Assembly (NCBI GenBank): GCA_964405685.1
Contig: CAYOOP010000005.1
Coordinates: 108,713-172,712 of the forward strand
Reading direction: 5' to 3'
Length of the DNA stretch: 64,000 nucleotides
Source: an uncultured Rickettsiales bacterium
GTDB taxonomy: Bacteria; Pseudomonadota; Alphaproteobacteria; Rickettsiales; SXRF01
A program made the translations under genes and the position numbers. The stretch's first letter is position 1. Each line of letters starts with the position of its first letter. Under the pieces are notes generated by a model that saw only the letters and a list, made by a program, of their open reading frames with translations, was not told where the DNA came from and ran no database searches. Positions 63,701-64,000 of the stretch are shown here, piece after piece.

Positions 63701-64000
63701 AATTTGGATGTGTGTGGAATGGTAAGCGCGAAGTGCCTGTTGCCGGGCGTATTGATGGGAAGTTGGTGGCCGGACAGGTAGATGCGCTGGCGTTTCGAGG
63801 GAATGAACTCTGGGTGGTGGATTATAAAACGAGCGCCGTGCCGCCGGCATCAACGGGAGGCGTGCCAGAGGCGTACCGCAAGCAAATGGCGCTTTACGGC
63901 GCGGTGCTCACCCAGGCCTACCCTAACCACCGCGTGCGGACTTTTTTGTTGTGGACGACGAGTCTCACACTTATGGAGCTTGACGAAAGCATGGTTGAGA
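60730..64000 (+). CDS. addA: Double-strand break repair helicase AddA (runs off the right edge) with an in-frame repeat insertion
   Basis: Frame-1 ORF open to the window end, so it is absent from the track. MDKKQELIATSPDVNVWVSANAGAGKTRILTHR (Walker A), VLIDEAQDTSP, and VVDYKT near the end. Residues VICHPERSEGSLCPQKVLRYAQDD are encoded by repeat C2. Confidence 0.85.
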   Translation, partial: MDKKQELIATSPDVNVWVSANAGAGKTRILTHRVLRLLAEGAPPSSILCLTYTNAGAAEMRARIIKEVGRWATIKSDACAVSLETLLGRAPDSDTIARAQSLFAQIVDRDDALRIETIHAFCQSLLRRFPLEAHIFPHFTLMDNQEVQLLAGHCLMRLLSRTQESATLKESLSFLATSRADGSLRKMALSMVAQQIKWRRFFARTDVEDYIRDYAKRLQVDLGADLKATYFSYTPAELSVLRACVQKMLASGGKLDKQRGAVLARWFETQTQADAYVDAWLTEKETLVANMVSKAAGLSEAEAQAMDAERLRVEAYLKARSSLALLTETKHVLTFAEGLLALYEHEKQARGWMDFDDMIAGAESLLGASAMRDWVLYKLDSAIHHVLIDEAQDTSPSQWRIVEALTEEFFAGAGLEHPRSLFVVGDFKQSIFSFQGADADLFLAMKTQIKERAEAAGVMFYELALEESYRSTAPVLQAVDTIFQPMMPDIRHVLTRKNQAGKVVLWPLVTVEKAEKQEGWALPQTEVRATAEEKLVAALVAEIAGWIGVRDLPAKGRKVQPGDVMILLKKRGTLAMRLVNAFKARGIPVSGADRMVLADHLAVQDMLALLKFALLPQDDYTLACVLKSPLCGLTEDALFELAHRRIGTLFEALKTSSHTQAIELLSSVLALADKRPPSALMAEVLGYGMRRNFAARLGADALSVLDTLLQTAHEYEALHPPSVQGFVHFMEQVETEFTRGNASENVVRVMTVHGAKGLQAPIVILPDAASPLSAPEQLTWQKGEPRLLPPDKGSYGIADDVKDARRNSMQSEYLRLFYVALTRAEDELYILGYTGRSVPETSWYTLAQKALTPISEPLETPVGRGVAVICHPERSEGSLCPQKVLRYAQDDREIPKWATTPVALEPMYTAPVLPSKQDAESENTAPSPLARDVAVARGRMVHHLLQYLPEIEQGRRAAVAKLFLARRYADAEEDVREQVVRDVVRLMDHPEFGCVWNGKREVPVAGRIDGKLVAGQVDALAFRGNELWVVDYKTSAVPPASTGGVPEAYRKQMALYGAVLTQAYPNHRVRTFLLWTTSLTLMELDESMVE
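63336..63403. repeat. MITE-like palindromic element, family C, copy 2 (inside addA, in frame)
   Basis: ttgtcatcctgagcgtagcgaaggatc ... ccttcgctacgctcaggatgaca, a near-perfect hairpin related to 13861-13926. Confidence 0.8.

Overview
This window looks like a chromosomal segment of an alphaproteobacterium. The evidence is CckA, an RcdA-like DUF1465 protein, AddAB, a CpaA-type prepilin peptidase, and nuoG-N followed by birA. I cannot name the taxon. Most of the window is housekeeping: acnA (partial), pyrC, ccmH, nagZ, argS, dgt, erpA, xthA, thiD, mfd, sdhE, rpoN, ispB, fumC, cckA, bioD, tatA, nuoG-N, birA, addB and addA (partial). No tRNA, rRNA or CRISPR array was seen.

Five things stand out.
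1. Next to xthA (8.5-12.4 kb) is an accessory stack. It holds three minus-strand genes with variable bodies, related C-terminal tails and a shared Pho-box-like 7-4-7 direct-repeat motif upstream. They are interleaved with a ParE/RelE-type toxin-antitoxin pair and repeated copies of the xthA 3' end.
2. A parDE cassette is bracketed by a near-perfect duplication of the mfd 3' end.
3. A candidate small-molecule cluster encodes an LCMT-type methyltransferase, an orphan LuxI/N-acyl-amino-acid-synthase-like acyltransferase and a CYP4-like P450. A TonB-dependent receptor / YfiR-like (DUF4154) / histidine kinase triad follows it.
4. At least seven families of short palindromic MITE-like elements are present. 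Several sit in frame inside essential genes (mfd, thiD, addB, addA) or supply gene ends or a ribosome-binding site.
5. The nuo operon starts at nuoG and carries three foreign ORFs: a secreted 318-aa protein, a DedA protein, and a DUF559 endonuclease with inverted repeats. It also has a MITE between nuoL and nuoM.

All functional calls come from motif recognition by eye, with no database search.
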